DNA of 64,000 nt from positions 27,280,001-27,344,000 of the forward strand of contig CM126230.1 in NCBI GenBank assembly GCA_052327205.1, read 5' to 3'. The stretch is from Somniosus microcephalus (Eukaryota). The notes below the pieces were generated by a model. The model was not told where the DNA came from and searched no databases. It saw nothing but the letters and a program-made list of their open reading frames with translations. Of this stretch, positions 24,801 to 38,405 are shown piece by piece (within the stretch, counting starts at the first letter, position 1; each line of letters starts with the position of its first letter). The position numbers were made by a program, and so were the translations under genes.

Positions 24801-27594
24801 TTCATGTAGCATATTTATCCCTGCCGCCCCATTAATACACACATAATTCACTCATTCTATCTGTCCACTATAAGAATTGATCAAGATTACCAAGGAGATC
24901 TGCCAGTGCATTGTCCTTGCTACCAAATGATTAGCTCTAAACTTGCTCTTCTCTGGCGGGAGCTCAATTGCAAGCTTGCAAAGGGCTATCGACTGATTTC
25001 CTGTATCCAGATCATTACGTTGTTTGCTTGGAGAACATTGCTTCAAGAAGTGTGTTCGATGTTCTCAAGTTCTTTTAAAAGCAACATATAAATACCAGAG
25101 ATTTTTATGTGATGGTGTGTCTCTGGTAACGGTTCACAACATTGCACTATGCGAACATTTAGATGCCCTCCCATTGCACTCAGAAATGTCTAGCTCATAA
25201 ATTAACTTTCCAACTTGTGGGAAAGTGATTCCAGACAAAATATGGGGGCAATTTGCCCAATGCTCCTGGCAGTGTTTGTAGACACAATTAGAGAATGCAA
25301 TTCTTGGGGGTTGGTAGGCAGTTACAATGGGTATACAGAGCCACAGTTCTTAACTGAACCATAGAAGATCTTAATGAGTGGAAGTGCAGAGCAATTAGCT
25401 GTTAAAGATTGACAAGCAGTTAAAAAAAATCAAATCAATGAGATATAAGGAACTATGCATTTCAAGTAGACCTGGAAGGGATGAGTGTGTATATGGGAAA
25501 AGTCATATCTATTTCTTTTATTCGCATGTGACATCTGAAATAGAATCTGCTGGTTCATGAGAAAGTCATTTGTATTGAATTCAGAGTTCAGTTCAGTTGA
25601 AGCATGAGAGCACTGTCTGATGAACCTGCCCTGGCTGTGGATGTGCAGTGACAGATTTTTTTCTGAAAATGTGTATCATGAAGGAGAAATGAACATTGGT
25701 ACAGTATTTGCTTCAACTACAAAAGGTCAACATCCATCAACTTTGACATTAATGTGTATTTTCAAGTCTCTTTACCCAGTTTGACAGAAGTCAGTTCTTG
25801 AACACTGGAGGAGAAGCTGTCTGTGCTCAATTACTTCACTGACAAGGTGACAATGAGAGTTTTGAGGGCAGTCACCACTAAATAGACCTTTCAATACCAC
25901 AAGACGCTACAGGTTTCTTAGGCTTTAAATAAAAAAATGTTTCTTTTTAAGGGCTGGATACCTCGTTCAGGATTAAAAACACAAAATCAGGAACATTTTT
26001 CTACTCCAGTGTTTTTAAGCACAGAAATGCAGTAATAGTTGGTAATGAAGGGAAACACCCCAGAGGTGCTTTTGTTGATTGTCGCTAGCCTGTTTCGGTT
26101 TTAGCACAGGTGGTACCTCCATCAGTAAGACAAAAGGCAATGTGTAGTTCACAAGGCCCTGCTGTGGTGAAACTGAATAATTTAAATGAAAGCCGCCTGC
26201 AGCTCCTCAACAACAGTGGGTAAATACGCCACCCAGTGTGGTACTGAACAAAATATTATAGGATGGTCTCACATTTGATCCACAGTTTGTGCTGAGTTAT
26301 CTAGGTGGGGAATAATAGGGGCATGATGATTGGCCTTGCATTCCTGGGATAGGGAGGGGAAAAGAAAAAGTCCACTCGGGTTTCTGCTCTTTATTATTCA
26401 GCAACACCCTGCTGGAATATACATGTTCAGAAATGATAGGATTGTGCTCAGTTGCATAAAACATGATTGTGATCAAAGAATTGTTATCAAGATCTGGCAC
26501 GATGTGAAGACAAATAGGAAGAGCTACATCATTCTCTTTTTCTCGGGCTAAGTTGTGAGCACACCTTAGAAAAGTAATAAAATACAAATCAAAGTAAACG
26601 CAAAGAAACTGATGGAAACAGCAGATTGGTGTGGGTTCAGATTCAAGTTTAGATGTCACATTTACAGACAGTTGTAGGTTTCCAACTTAGGAGCATAACA
26701 TATATTTTAACTTGGAGTTTTGGATTAAACAGGAGAGTCAAATACAGAACTTTCAAACTTACACAAAGTATCAAAAAGCTACAAAATCTGTTAAAAGAAC
26801 AGAACATAAAAATAATGTTTAAGTTTGTTTAACTAAAGTTCCACTGATTAATGGGGGAATAAATTAAAAAGTGAAGGACAAAGTTAAGCGGGTACCCATT
26901 TCCATATAAAATTGGAGACCACAAATAAAATGTTTCACAACGGTACACTACAGCAATGATGACCTGTATGGGGCTCTGGTTCCTGTATTTGGGGACTGTA
27001 ATAATATTTCTACAACATCACACAACTTGTGCTTTAGATATAAGTAAAATCCCCCTGAATTGATAGTTTTCAATAAGCTACTGTTGTGCCTCACTATTAC
27101 AGAACTCATTGGACAGAGCAGCGTGGCAGAATTTATTGAGGTTGATAGATGGATATATGATGGGTACCTCAAGATATAATATTGCCAAGATATTGGACAG
27201 GCCAATAGTCTTTTTCAGTCCTGTATGTTACCATGCCCCCCAAGTCCTTTAACAGCTAATATTTTAGCTTCAACCAGATTCAGGAGTATGGTATAATGAG
27301 AGGCTGCAATAATGAGGTAGACATTTAGATTTTTGCTGCTGTTTTAATATTTATTGATAATTTTGTAAATAATTGTTTTCTAAAGGTGGAGCATCAATTT
27401 TAAAAAGCTACACTGTTGTTTTAAACACATTTCTGTGTCGAGACTCCCTTTGAACGCAAGAAACAGTATTTGGATTTGAAGGCATGACAATTAGTGGGAA
27501 ACTAATCAAACATACTTCCACTTCTTTAAAGGTATTTACAGTGCAATATTTTAGACATTTGTTATACTTGTTCCAAAGAAAAGGATAAACGTAC

Positions 27595-27727
27595 ATGGTT
27601 CTTTGCTTTAGTTTATTTTTGGGACGTCCTACTGGTTTCGCATAACGACGTTTGATCTGTGCAGCTTTTTCGTGCAGTAGTTTTCTTCCCTTTTTCTTTG
27701 GTCTGCATATTTGACAGATCCACATTC
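27595..27727 (-). CDS. KAT6B: KAT6B coding exon, end of PHD2 plus basic region ([44 protein letters not shown]), 133 nt
   Basis: Within ORF 27408..27872. Acceptor tttacaacag, donor cat|gtacgt. The [16 protein letters not shown] and KNKLKQR segments are KAT6B-like rather than KAT6A-like. Confidence 0.95.
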
Positions 27728-28903
27728 CTGTTGTAAATAATACACCCATTAGCTTTCTCAACAAAGTTTCCAATCTGCACCATGTATTCCAGTTATGTTT
27801 ACAGTAAGACTTACAAGTAAGATAAAAGTTAGAATCAACTCCTGCAACTGAAATATACCAGTTAGAAAACATTACAGGAAATGAGAATTTTGCTAAATTT
27901 GCATCTTAGAAACTTCACAATTAGAATCCTCCAAATCCAGAAACAATTATTGAATAATGCTGGTGCACAGGTCCAGAAGAGGTTCCGTGATATCATCGGG
28001 GGCTCAGATGTCCCTTTCTCTCACAACCACCACTGTACAGCCATGGAACTCACATCAATGATGGAAAATTTTCTTTAAAACCACTTGATGAATAGGACAT
28101 CTCTCTAACTAGGATAAGAATGAGCTTTTACTGAATTACAGGAAATAAATCTCAGAATAATAAGGGGCTCGCTAGTGAAGTAGAGAACAGTCCACAAGGA
28201 ACACAGAAAAACAGAATGAACTGGAGATGGAAAGATAACATAAATGATGTTAATTGCAAGCTAATGAGCTGTAGCTAGAAATGAACTTGCCTTAGGATAG
28301 TGCATAATCTCCCTTTAATAGAATGCTAGAGATTCAGACACTTCCTCCTCTTGCCCTAACCCCCACAGATCACTATAATAGAATAGAAAACTGTAAAACA
28401 ACTACAAGCCATGTGGAAAAATTGTTCACAAAAATATGTACCTACTTTTACAGATACATGGCTTTGAGCATCTGAGCATGAGGTGGAGCCGAGGGTATAG
28501 GACATTTTGCCAGACTAGGCATGTGAAGCAAGGTTGAGGAATGACATTACTAGTAAAAGAGGATATAAATAGACTAAATGGTTAGGGCAGAAGCAATCTG
28601 GTGGAAATTAGCAATATAGGATAGTGGCAACAAAATAGTAATTTGTACCGATATCCACCAGCAGCTCAAACTTAACTCGGCAGATAGACTCGTTTGGGCA
28701 AGAAAAAAAGCAAGAAACCATAAAGTGAGAATTGTGGAGGATTTCAATGCCTCGGAAGTAAAGTGGTTAGATGAGGGACGGCAGAAAGGAGTTGTGAATG
28801 AACAAGCAATTTCATAGAAGTAGTGCATGAAGGAGAGTTGAAAGTAGATTTGGTCCTTTGCAGTCCACTGGAACGGATGACCACTTGGGCTCTAGACTGT
28901 ATA

Positions 28904-29229
28904 CAAGAAACTCTCTGGTATCCGGCACCGACCGGACCAGGATGGTGCCGGTTGATTAAAAATTCTAGATGACGGAGAGGGTTATCTACCGAGGCTATTT
29001 TTAACAAACAAAGAGTCAGACTCCTGTTAGTGAGGTGTTCGGACTTCCGACAGCGCCAAGAAGCCGAGTAGTGGCAGTTTGGAGAACTACCCCCACTAAC
29101 TAGCTCGGCCACCGCGGGAGACTCGGACTCGGCAACATTGCCAGTTATTGAGGTGTTTTTGGAGTATGAATTTTGCTGGTTAATAGAGAATTCTGGATAT
29201 TTAGGTGCCATTTAAACGAGAGTTTCCTG
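28904..29229. mobile_element. TA-targeting Tc1/mariner (pogo/Tigger-like) MITE, family 1
   Basis: TA|CAAGAAACTCTC...GAGAGTTTCCTG|TA. The first ~50 bp match the reverse complement of 44035-44083. Confidence 0.8.
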
Positions 29230-29269
29230 TAGTTAAATTTGAAAAATTATTAAAAGTATAAGCCCACTA

Positions 29270-29607
29270 CCCTGATGGTTCAGCTGGTTAGCAGCTGAGC
29301 CACACAGACCAGGAAAGTCCCAAGATTGAATCCCAGTTTGTGTTGAGCTAGTTAATCTCAGCCAGGATACCAGTAGAGGTGCTACAACTAGCTACATACC
29401 CTGGTTTATGAAGGGGAAAATCAATCAAGGCTCCCTTTCCTGATCATATTCTAAATGAAATGTCTGTGGATGTCTGGGGAGGAGAAGATTGGGCTTAGCA
29501 GAGTCCCCAATGGTAAAACAGCCTCAGGAACGTCACGGCTGAGATCTGCCAAACTATACCCCAGGAAAGAGTGAATGTCCCAGGAGAGGAGCTAAGATGG
29601 GGAGATT
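29270..29607 (+). mobile_element. Ancient tRNA-derived SINE (AmnSINE2-like)
   Basis: cagaccaggaaagtcccaagattgaatcccagtttgtgttgagctagttaatctcagcc...ctacaac...gaaggggaaaatcaatcaagg...caggagaggag. Related decayed copies lie at ~14610-14925, ~26230-26400, ~36810-37120 and ~63430-63590. The family name is from a recalled consensus. Confidence 0.6.
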
Positions 29608-30189
29608 AAGTAGTGGGGGAGGGGGCAATAGCACAGAGGTGCACAGCATTAAGAAAGCAAAATTCAGAACAACAGGAAAATTGCACAGAGAACTGAGTGA
29701 GAAACAAAATTAGGAAATAAAACGCACTGGAAGAAAAATGGATGCACCTCATAAGAATTAAATAGCAAGACCAAAACCATGATGGGTAAATTAACACCAA
29801 ACTACCTTTAAGGCCAAAAAGAAACCTTTAAAATATACAAAAAATACAAAAAGAAATAAGATGCGAGAGTTGTACAAGAATTCATGGATGATAACCAAAA
29901 GTACAGTATTAGAAGGGCTGTAGCATTAAAAGGAACTGAAAGAATGTTCTCAGCTAGATTAGCTACAGACAGCATGTTAAACAAAATGGGCCTTTAAGGG
30001 ATAAATTGGGACGCGATCTGGAGAAACAGAAAATAACAAGTGCGTTAAACAGGTTCTTCAGATTACTTTAAACAAATGACGATTGTCAAATCCAGAGAGA
30101 GTCATTTTGGCTCCAGAAAGAATAAACACAAGTAAACATTAAACCACAAGACAATGAAGACATTTTAAAGAATGATGGCTCAAAATACC

Positions 30190-31550
30190 TCCTCCTATTG
30201 AAAAAAGAGCAGTGTCTGTTCACCTCTGCACCCACCACCCCCCCCCACCACACTTAATAATCTGCAAGAATATGCAGCTGAAAACCTGCGATTTCTTAAA
30301 AAATGATTTTAATAGGAGCATTGTTAATGATGGAGATACAAGCATTTTCTTGTTTTTCCACACAGAAATTTCAGGCAAGGCAGCTAGGCCAGATGGGGAA
30401 CACCCTAGAATACTCAAGGAAATAAGAAAATAGAAGAAACTCTGGTTACTGTTTTTAAAAGATCCATGAACACTGGAATTATCAAAAGGACTAGTTGAGA
30501 GCAAACACACCAAAATTCAAAAAGGAATAAAATGGGAACTACAAACTATATACCCAGCAGTTTAACATTGTATTGGAGAACATGCACTGAGTACATTAGG
30601 TAGGGTGCAATCAATGCTGATCCAAAGAGCAGTGGCCATAAACATAACTTTAGAAACAATATAGGTCATGGGTCACTAACCTGCTGAATTCTTTTGAGGA
30701 GATAGTGAATTGGGATTATTCACTCAATGTAATTTAGTTAGATTTTCAAAAAGCATGAGAAAGTTTTACATGAGCCTTTTAAAAAAGTTAAGACTTGTGG
30801 ATTAACAGTAAATTAGCTAGCTGGATTGAAAACTAGCTCAGCAAAAGGAAGTAGAAGGCAATGATAAATTAAAATGGCTATCTATAAGTTTTAATGACTA
30901 GCGGTTGTCTGCAGAAGTATATTTTGGGTCCCTTGCTAGTCACAGTATTCACAATAATTTGGAGAAAAATACTTAATTTATTAAATTTGTTGATATCAAG
31001 TTGTATGACCAGAAGACAAATATAAACTACATTCAGAGAGATCTGCACCAAATAAATAGATGACCCAAGAATGACAGATGAATTTTACTGTAAATATTTA
31101 TAAATGCAAGGCACTGAATATAGGAACAGGAAACAGAAACTTCTATCCTCAGCAATTGGGTGTGATGTTTGGCCATTCACTGACAGTTTCTAGTGTTCAA
31201 ACCATTATCAACAAACCTAACCAAATACTAGTTTACATCTCATAAATGTTTGACAAAACTTATTCTGATCTTGTACAGGTCATTGATGCGGCCAGATTTG
31301 GGACAAGACTGTCAACAGTATTGGGCATCCAATCTTGAAATGGGCACTGATGCATTGAGAGGGTTGGAGAAGAGCAACAAATATAATTTTGGAATTTAAG
31401 GCCCCTAATTGCAGAACCTGTTTTTATTAGAGAAAAGAAAATTGAAGGAAGATCATGACCCAGAACTTTAAAAATGTGAAACATATAACTCATGTAAAAG
31501 TAAGCAGGTTATTTGACTTTGACTTGGTAAGCACAGAATTAGAGGATCAA
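30190..31550 (+). mobile_element. Highly decayed CR1-like LINE RT region
   Basis: Remnants include ggccagatggggaacaccctagaatactcaagg, ttagattttcaaaaagca, gctggattgaaaactagct, ttgggtcccttgct and aaatttgttgat. Boundaries are approximate. Confidence 0.65.
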
Positions 31551-32437
31551 TTTATCTATACATTATTTAAATTATGTGTGAAGGTAGTGTTATAGCATAT
31601 TTTTCCTACCATCTATCAGATAGCAAAACCAAAGGCTACTGTCCCTAGATCATTATCCAATCTGATTCAAGAAGTCACCGTTCCTTCAACCTGTCAACTC
31701 AACCAATCAAATCTTTGTAGCATCATTTCTGATTGGTGAACCTTTAACACAATCCAAATAATTTTTGTGCCATATAGCCACCATTAAAGTGCTTCATCCA
31801 ACCCATTACATAATAACATTTCTTAGAAGTTATAAAGGAAGCCAAAATGCTCCAAAGACAGGTTCTCCTCATTTTATATTGTAAAAATTGCTAAGCCTTA
31901 TTCCATAGCTCCCTCTCTCCATGTTCAGCACTCTGGTTTCCCTAACTCCTGCCTTTGCTCTTCAACCGGAGTGTCAGGGATCAGCCAAATGATTGCAATT
32001 CCTGAGTGGTTGCATCACATCAATTCAACCCCGGATTCTGTTAATTAGCACAGGCTCTGGAATTTAAGAGAGCGACAACAGAAAGGGGTGAATTCCAATC
32101 CTGGACCGTAGAATGTGGTCACAGTAAACACCAGAACTAGCTCTACTGCCCATGAGCAATAATACAGGAGGGTCTACAGCCATAAAATTAACAAACCCCA
32201 AGTGAAATTACATGAGTAGATAAAGCTTTTAGGCTCGCAGCAAAAGCAGTTAATATTGTATTAATTAACTCCTTCAAAAAGTAGCCAAATAATTACCCGG
32301 TTGGGAAAGGATTAGCGGTTAAACACACTGGTATAAACCGAGATGATCAAATACTGCAAGAAGCTTCAATAGTCCTTGTATTGCCAGTGTCAGGCACAAG
32401 GACGTGTAACAATTGAGACTGCGAGAACAAATTAATA

Positions 32438-33078
32438 CAAAAGCGGATGCTGGAAATCTGAAATAAAAACGCAGATTGGGTGACCGCCTTGCGGAACACC
32501 TCTGTTCAGTCCGTACAGGTGACCCAAAGCTTCCGGTCGCCTGTCACGTTAATTCTCCGCTCCATTCCCACTCTGATCTCTCTGTCCTTGGCCTCTTACA
32601 CTGTTCCAATGAAGCTCAATGTAAGCTCGAGGAACAGCACCTCATCTTTCTATTAGGCACTTTACAGCCTTCTGGAATCAACATCGAGTTCAACAATTTC
32701 AGACCATAACCTCTGCCCCTATCTTTTTTCATTTTTTTCCTCTCTCTCTCACATGGCAGCTGTCGATCATTCTGCCATCGCCATTTACACTTCATCTAGA
32801 GCCATCTTTTGTTTCTTAACTTGTCCCATTACCATCTCCTTTTGCCTTGCACCATCCTCCCTTTTGTCTCTTAATCTCTCCTGCCTTCCACCCCATCACA
32901 GACCTTCCCTTTTGTTCTTTCCTCCCCTCCCCCCTCTCCCTGCCCCTGCACTTGCTTAAAAACCTGTTCCATCTCCAGCTTTTTCCAGTTCTGACGAAGG
33001 GTCATTGACCTGAAACGTTAACTCTGTTTCTCTCTCCACAGATGCTGCCTGACCTGCTGAGTATTTCCAGCATTTTCT
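32438..33078 (+). mobile_element. Penelope-like element, 5'-truncated, with a GIY-YIG endonuclease C-terminus and terminal region
   Basis: ORF 32476..32709 (GDRLAEHLCSV...PVACHVNS...KLEEQHLIFLLGTLQPSGINIEF) is typical of the Penelope endonuclease. 15-bp TSD GAGAACAAATTAATA at 32423-32437 and 33079-33093. Confidence 0.9.
32987..33023 (+). ncRNA. Minimal type I hammerhead ribozyme motif, Penelope-associated
   Basis: AGTT-CTGACGA-AGGGTCATTGACCT-GAAA-CGTT-AACT has an intact core, stem II AGG..CCT, a palindromic AACGTT stem III and stem I AGTT/AACT. Confidence 0.72.
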
Positions 33079-33361
33079 GAGAACAAATTAATAATTGGTT
33101 CCTAATATTTTAAGAGGGGTAAAGCTCACAATAAGATAGATTGTACGTGATCTGTGTAAGGAACAGTTTGATGGGACAGTGGCCTTTTCTTGTTCAATGC
33201 TTTTTCTCATATCTCTCAGCGAACACTATCCACCATTAGGAGGTAATTTTGGCTCCAAACAAATTAGCACTATCGGTGTACAAAAGGGGCATTCTGTCCT
33301 TTTGCAAGAGTGGAGCAATATTTCCTTGGGAGGAGAAAGGTTTATAGATGGTCTGAAGTTA

Positions 33362-33583
<222 letters not shown>

Positions 33584-34080
33584 CTAGAGAGGAGAAAAAT
33601 TGCAAAGTACTTCAATACATAAATTCACTTAGGTTTTTAAATTATACTCAAGTATCTCCAAGTGCTAAAACTACTAAGTAATCAATTTGAATCGGATTCT
33701 AATATAAAAGGAAAAGTATAATAACTATGAACTTTTATCAATTTGCTAACTCAACTCAAACTTTTTGGAACCACACCAATTTTGCTCGTTTAAAAATGTC
33801 AAGTAATTTATACACTTATGACAAATATTGAACAAAACTACAAGGTGGAAGGGAAATCCTAATAACCATTCTGTAGTTATGGCAACCTCTCATCTATCAG
33901 CAACTTGAAACTATTACAATGTCATCTTAACACCCTTTGGATTTTTTGTTAGAGAGCTCTGCATTGTCATACAAAACACTATAGACCCTGCGGATGACAA
34001 CATTAAAAGTTCATTTTCCCAATAGAACATGTAAAGCAATACATAATGGAAATGGACTACAAAAAATATCAAACTAAATA

Positions 34081-34594
34081 CAGGTAGACTATCCTTTATC
34101 CGAAAACCTCGGGACCAGCCATGTTTCGGTTTTCGGAAAATTTCGGATTTCGGAAGGTATTTTATAAGACTGGGAAATTTGTCGGGGGTGGGGGTCGGCG
34201 GGGGGTCGGGGTCGTGCGCACGACTTACGCTGAACGAAAACACTTTCGGTTTTCAGAGGATTTCGGTTTTCGGAAGTGCGGATAAAGGATACACTATCCC
34301 TTATCCAAAAGGGTGGGGGTCGGCGGGGGGGAGAAAAGAATATCGGACAGGCCGCTGCAGCTATCGGACGGGCCGCTGTATTGTTGGGTTCACTCTCCCG
34401 GTACCTCCTTCACACTGCCCGGTTCGGCCTGCAATCTCCTACCCAGGAGGGAACTCAGTGACTCTCTGCCCTGCTCAGCGTAAGTTGTGCGCCACTCTGG
34501 TCATGTCGTGCGCACGACTTACGCTGAACGAAAAAACCTTTGGTTTTTAGAGGGTTTCGGTTTTCGCAAGTTCGGATAAAGGGTAGTCTACCTG
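34081..34594. mobile_element. Tigger4/MER46-like pogo MITE, family 2, copy A
   Basis: TIRs CAGGTAGACTATCCTTTATCCGAA / TTCGGATAAAGGGTAGTCTACCTG, a left TA, and subterminal TTTCGG repeats. Confidence 0.85.
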
Positions 34595-35449
34595 AACAAG
34601 AAAAATCAATGATCAAAAAAGACAATTTGGCCCATCAAAGCTCATTCCTCTACTACCTTAAAACGGCAAAATGGAGCCAACTGGATAGACACGTGGTAAT
34701 TTGAGATGTTCTCCAGTTTAAAAATGGAGCATGTTATTTCAGTTGTTTCTTTATCATACATACCACGAAGATTTTATGTATTGCCTTTTGATGAGATGAC
34801 ACCAGAATTTGAATCCAAAAAAAATCAATCAGCCAAAAAGCAAATCCTCTTCAGCAAAAGGATCCAAAAATTGCTGTTTGGTCTAAATTGGTGGAGTGCT
34901 CAAAACCACAGTTTTAAAAAATGTTTTCCAGATTAATCGTCTGAAGGGAGACCGGAAGTACATAGCCTTAAACAATGCAGCAGATACTGTGAGCAGGATA
35001 TGACGCACCAAGATCTAGGAAGAACATCCACTGCACCCTGCTATTATGGGGAAGCAGTCTTAATAAGTCCTTTAACCCACACAAGGGTCAAGTCCATTTC
35101 AGCCAGATATGTTGTCAGCACTAAAAACAAGGAATGTCCCAAATTTATAGTGCAGATAGAATGCACTGAGTGTCAGAGCTTGCAGGATCTTCATGCTACC
35201 TTCAAGGAACCTAGAAATGCAGCTGTGACAGAAAGTTTTGACTCATGCCATTCCACACGTGTTGCAATTCACCTATTCATGAGGAACATTGATAAGACTG
35301 GAGAACTGGGTTTTGAAGGGGTGACATTGCTGATCCACTCCCTCAACAGGAGTTTAAGTGATCTGAATGTTCAAGACTCGAGCCCCTTTGGTATCAAATT
35401 GGCTGAAGGACCTGACACTGGCTAGCTGAAAAATCTATTCTCTTCATAG

Positions 35450-35600
35450 TAACAGGAATAAGCCATTCAGCCCCTCCAGCCTGTTCCCCTATTCAATTAG
35501 ATCATGGCTGATCTGTATCTCAGCTCCATTTACCTTCGCTCCATATCCCTTAATACCCTCACCTAACCAAAATCTATCCATCTCAGTTTTGAAATTTTGA
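35450..35600 (-). mobile_element. CR1 LINE 3' tail fragment
   Basis: aagccattcagcccctccagcctgttcc...agatcatggctgatctg matches the tails at 54660-54730 and 60550-60620. Confidence 0.8.
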
Positions 35601-35989
35601 TATTTACATCAACTACAGAGTCTTCAGAGAAGAACTTGGTCACATTAGATGGGAGTAGGTTTCATAGCTCCGAGATGCACAAAAGAACTTGTGTTTAACA
35701 TTTGCAGAAAGAAAGCTCTAGTTCTGACAACACCTGCATTTCTGATGATGGAGCCACAAACAAAGGAAAGAACTGAAGAGGTTAATAAACACCCAAAAAT
35801 TCTGTGGTGGCTGAAACAGAGAGGAGGCGAGAGAGATCATGAGGGGAAGAGAAAGAGCACACGAGAGAGGGAGAGAGAACATGAGAGAGGGGGAGATAGA
35901 GCACATAAGAGGGAGGGAGGGAGGGAAGGAAATTCTGTGGAGGCTGAAACATATAAAATTCCTGGAACTTGATAATTTAAATGGCACCT

Positions 35990-36270
35990 GATGCCAGAAA
36001 CAGACTAAAACTATACATGATGAAGGAGCAGGGGAATTCTCCCAATGTCCCGGCAACATTTAACCTTCATCCAACATCATTAAAACAGATTATCTGTTCA
36101 TTTATCTCATTCCTGTTTTGGGGATTTTGCCGTGTAGAAATTGGATGTCGTGCTTCCCTAAATTGCACCAGTGACTACGCTTCGAAAGTGCTTCACTGAC
36201 TGTGGAGCGCTTTCGGACATCCTGAGATTGTGAAAGATGCTATACAACTGCATGTTCTTTGTTTCTTTCC
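35990..36270 (+). mobile_element. Deu-domain SINE 3' half
   Basis: gaaggagcaggggaattctccc...aaacagattatctg...aaattggatgtcg...gagcgctttcggacatcctgag. Confidence 0.65.
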
Positions 36271-36588
36271 CGACCAATGCAAGAAGCTAAGAAGAAATGT
36301 CTGAAGCCTGTAATGGAGCAAAAAACGTATGATACCTGGAGGAGCATCCTTTATTCATAGTGTCAGAAGAGAGTCACATTGTTAAGGGCAAAAAACATTT
36401 TCAGCAGATGGCACCCTTGCGATTCTCCTTGCTGGCGCCAAACTTTTGTGAAGGAAGTTTGGGGGGAGGGGGGAGAAAGAGAACATTAAATTTCCTTTAC
36501 TTTTTTCTGTACAAAATATGTGGAGCAAGAATTTTTTTAGGGGGGGAAGAAATGTTACATTACAAATTGTCACTGAACAAATACTTAC

Positions 36589-36704
36589 TGCATTTTTTCC
36601 TTGATCACGACAGGCACTGCAAGTCTTGCACTCAATACATTGCCATCTTAAGGTCTTCACATGGGCTGTTAACTCTGGAGAGAATTTTAAACACGATGGA
36701 TGCC
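36589..36704 (-). CDS. KAT6B: KAT6B coding exon, end of PHD1 and start of PHD2 ([39 protein letters not shown]), 116 nt
   Basis: Overlaps ORF 36382..36660. Acceptor ctcttttgaag, donor gca|gtaagt. Phase agrees with the flanking exons. Confidence 0.96.
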
Positions 36705-37219
36705 CTTCAAAAGAGAAAGATGATTTTAATAGCTGATCTTAGTACAGGAGTACAGCCTGTAGTTATTTAGTGTTACTATAAGCTTATCTTGCAAGGTTTC
36801 TCATGATGGCTGATTGGGTAAATGCACCACATGGTATGGTATTAAATGATCAAATATTGCCAAATTTGATCCCTCACCCATGCTGACTCAGCCACAGCAG
36901 TACTAGGATGCCACAAGTGTCCTCAAAAGAGAAAATCAGAAACGATTGCCCTTGTGTGTGCATATACACATGGGATGATGCCAGGAACAAAACTGGGCTC
37001 AGCTATGATCCAATTAACTTCCTTACACTCACTGGCCAGCCTTACATATCGCCAGCCATTGGGGTAAGATACTGGAGGGTTGCAAGTGCACTAAGAGTTC
37101 CACCCACTGTCCTCAGGAAGTAGTAGACAGAGAATCTAGTTACTTGGCAAAATAAAGCAGACTAAATAAAAGAAATAATTCTGGAAGTAAGAATACCCTT
37201 TCTTTCGCAAAGAATGTGT

Positions 37220-37394
37220 GATAGAGAGCGACAGACAGAACAAAAGGAAAACTGAAAGTGAATGAGAGCGAGGGGGGACGAGAGACAGAACGCGCGAGGG
37301 AGAGAGAGAGAGAACGAGAACGCACGAGGGAGAGAGAGAACGAGAAGGCGCGAGAGAGAGAACACAAGATGGAGAACGAGAGAAAGTGAGTGGA

Positions 37395-37433
<39 letters not shown>

Positions 37434-37565
37434 AATAGAGGGAAGACAATACCGAAAAGACAAGAGGGTAGAGAAAGCATGCAAGAGAAAGGCAGAGAAA
37501 ACAAGTTAAAAAAACTTGAGAAAACGAGAAACAGTAAAAAGTGAAGAGAGAGAGAAGCAAAGGGT
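37220..37565 (+). repeat. GA-rich low-complexity tract with a (GA)n microsatellite core at ~37398-37428
   Basis: Visible purine dinucleotide runs. This tract is the source of the Leu/Ser-rich minus-strand ORFs. Confidence 0.9.
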
Positions 37566-38149
37566 GCAGGAGTAAAACATATTATAACTGATTTGACAGA
37601 AACTGAAAGTAATGTGAATGCCAACCGTATCATTTAAAATACTGCACAATTTTCATTAAAACAATATTAGCTTTGGCAATGGAAAGCTAGGATTTTAAAC
37701 GAAAAGAGGTGCAAAGTATTTTGTTTTTAATTTCAAAGAAGCCATTATGCTGTCATTTAACCAACTCATGATGATTTATATTGGAACATTATTTTCATTT
37801 GCTGTCAGAATAAGTTTTAATAATATTAATGATCACTGCTTCATTTTTTGGTTTATATAAAATGCCAAATGTTGCTTGCTCTGCAGCAAGTACATCAATT
37901 AAAAAAATGGGATTTTGAGCCCTGCCTGGGTGAAAAAGAATCACAAACTGCCTATTTTCTTTGTTAAAAAGGCATTTTCTACAAATAGAGTTTAGTTCCT
38001 TAATTAGTCCACAATCTACAAATATCCACACAAGTTTGATTTTTTTTTTTATACGTGGCCAGGTCTGCCACAAAACAAATTAACCCAAAAAGAAAAACAT
38101 CACATTTAAAAATATATTCTTTATGGTTCAACTGACTGTGATTTTGACC

Positions 38150-38405
38150 GTTTGTGCATCCTCCCCTTTGCCCCGCCATTGGTGGCCGTGCCTTCAGTCA
38201 GTTCGGCCCCGCACTCTGACATTTCCTCCCTAAACACCACTGCCTCTCCATCATTCCACCTCCTTCTCCTTCTTTAAGGCCCTCCTTAAAGCCCACCTCT
38301 TGGACTAAGATTTTGGTCACCCATCCCAATATCATCTTGGCTTGGCGCTGATTTTTGTCTGATTACGCCTCTGTGAAGTGCCTTGGGAAAGGCACCATAT
38401 AAATA
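38150..38405 (+). mobile_element. L2 LINE 3' end
   Basis: ccattggtggccgtgccttcag...ctttaaggccctccttaaagcccacctct...ctgtgaagtgccttggga. Confidence 0.7.

Noticed and set aside
37136-37633. Leu/Ser-rich ORFs resembling membrane proteins
   Set aside because: They are an artefact of the (TC)n microsatellite.
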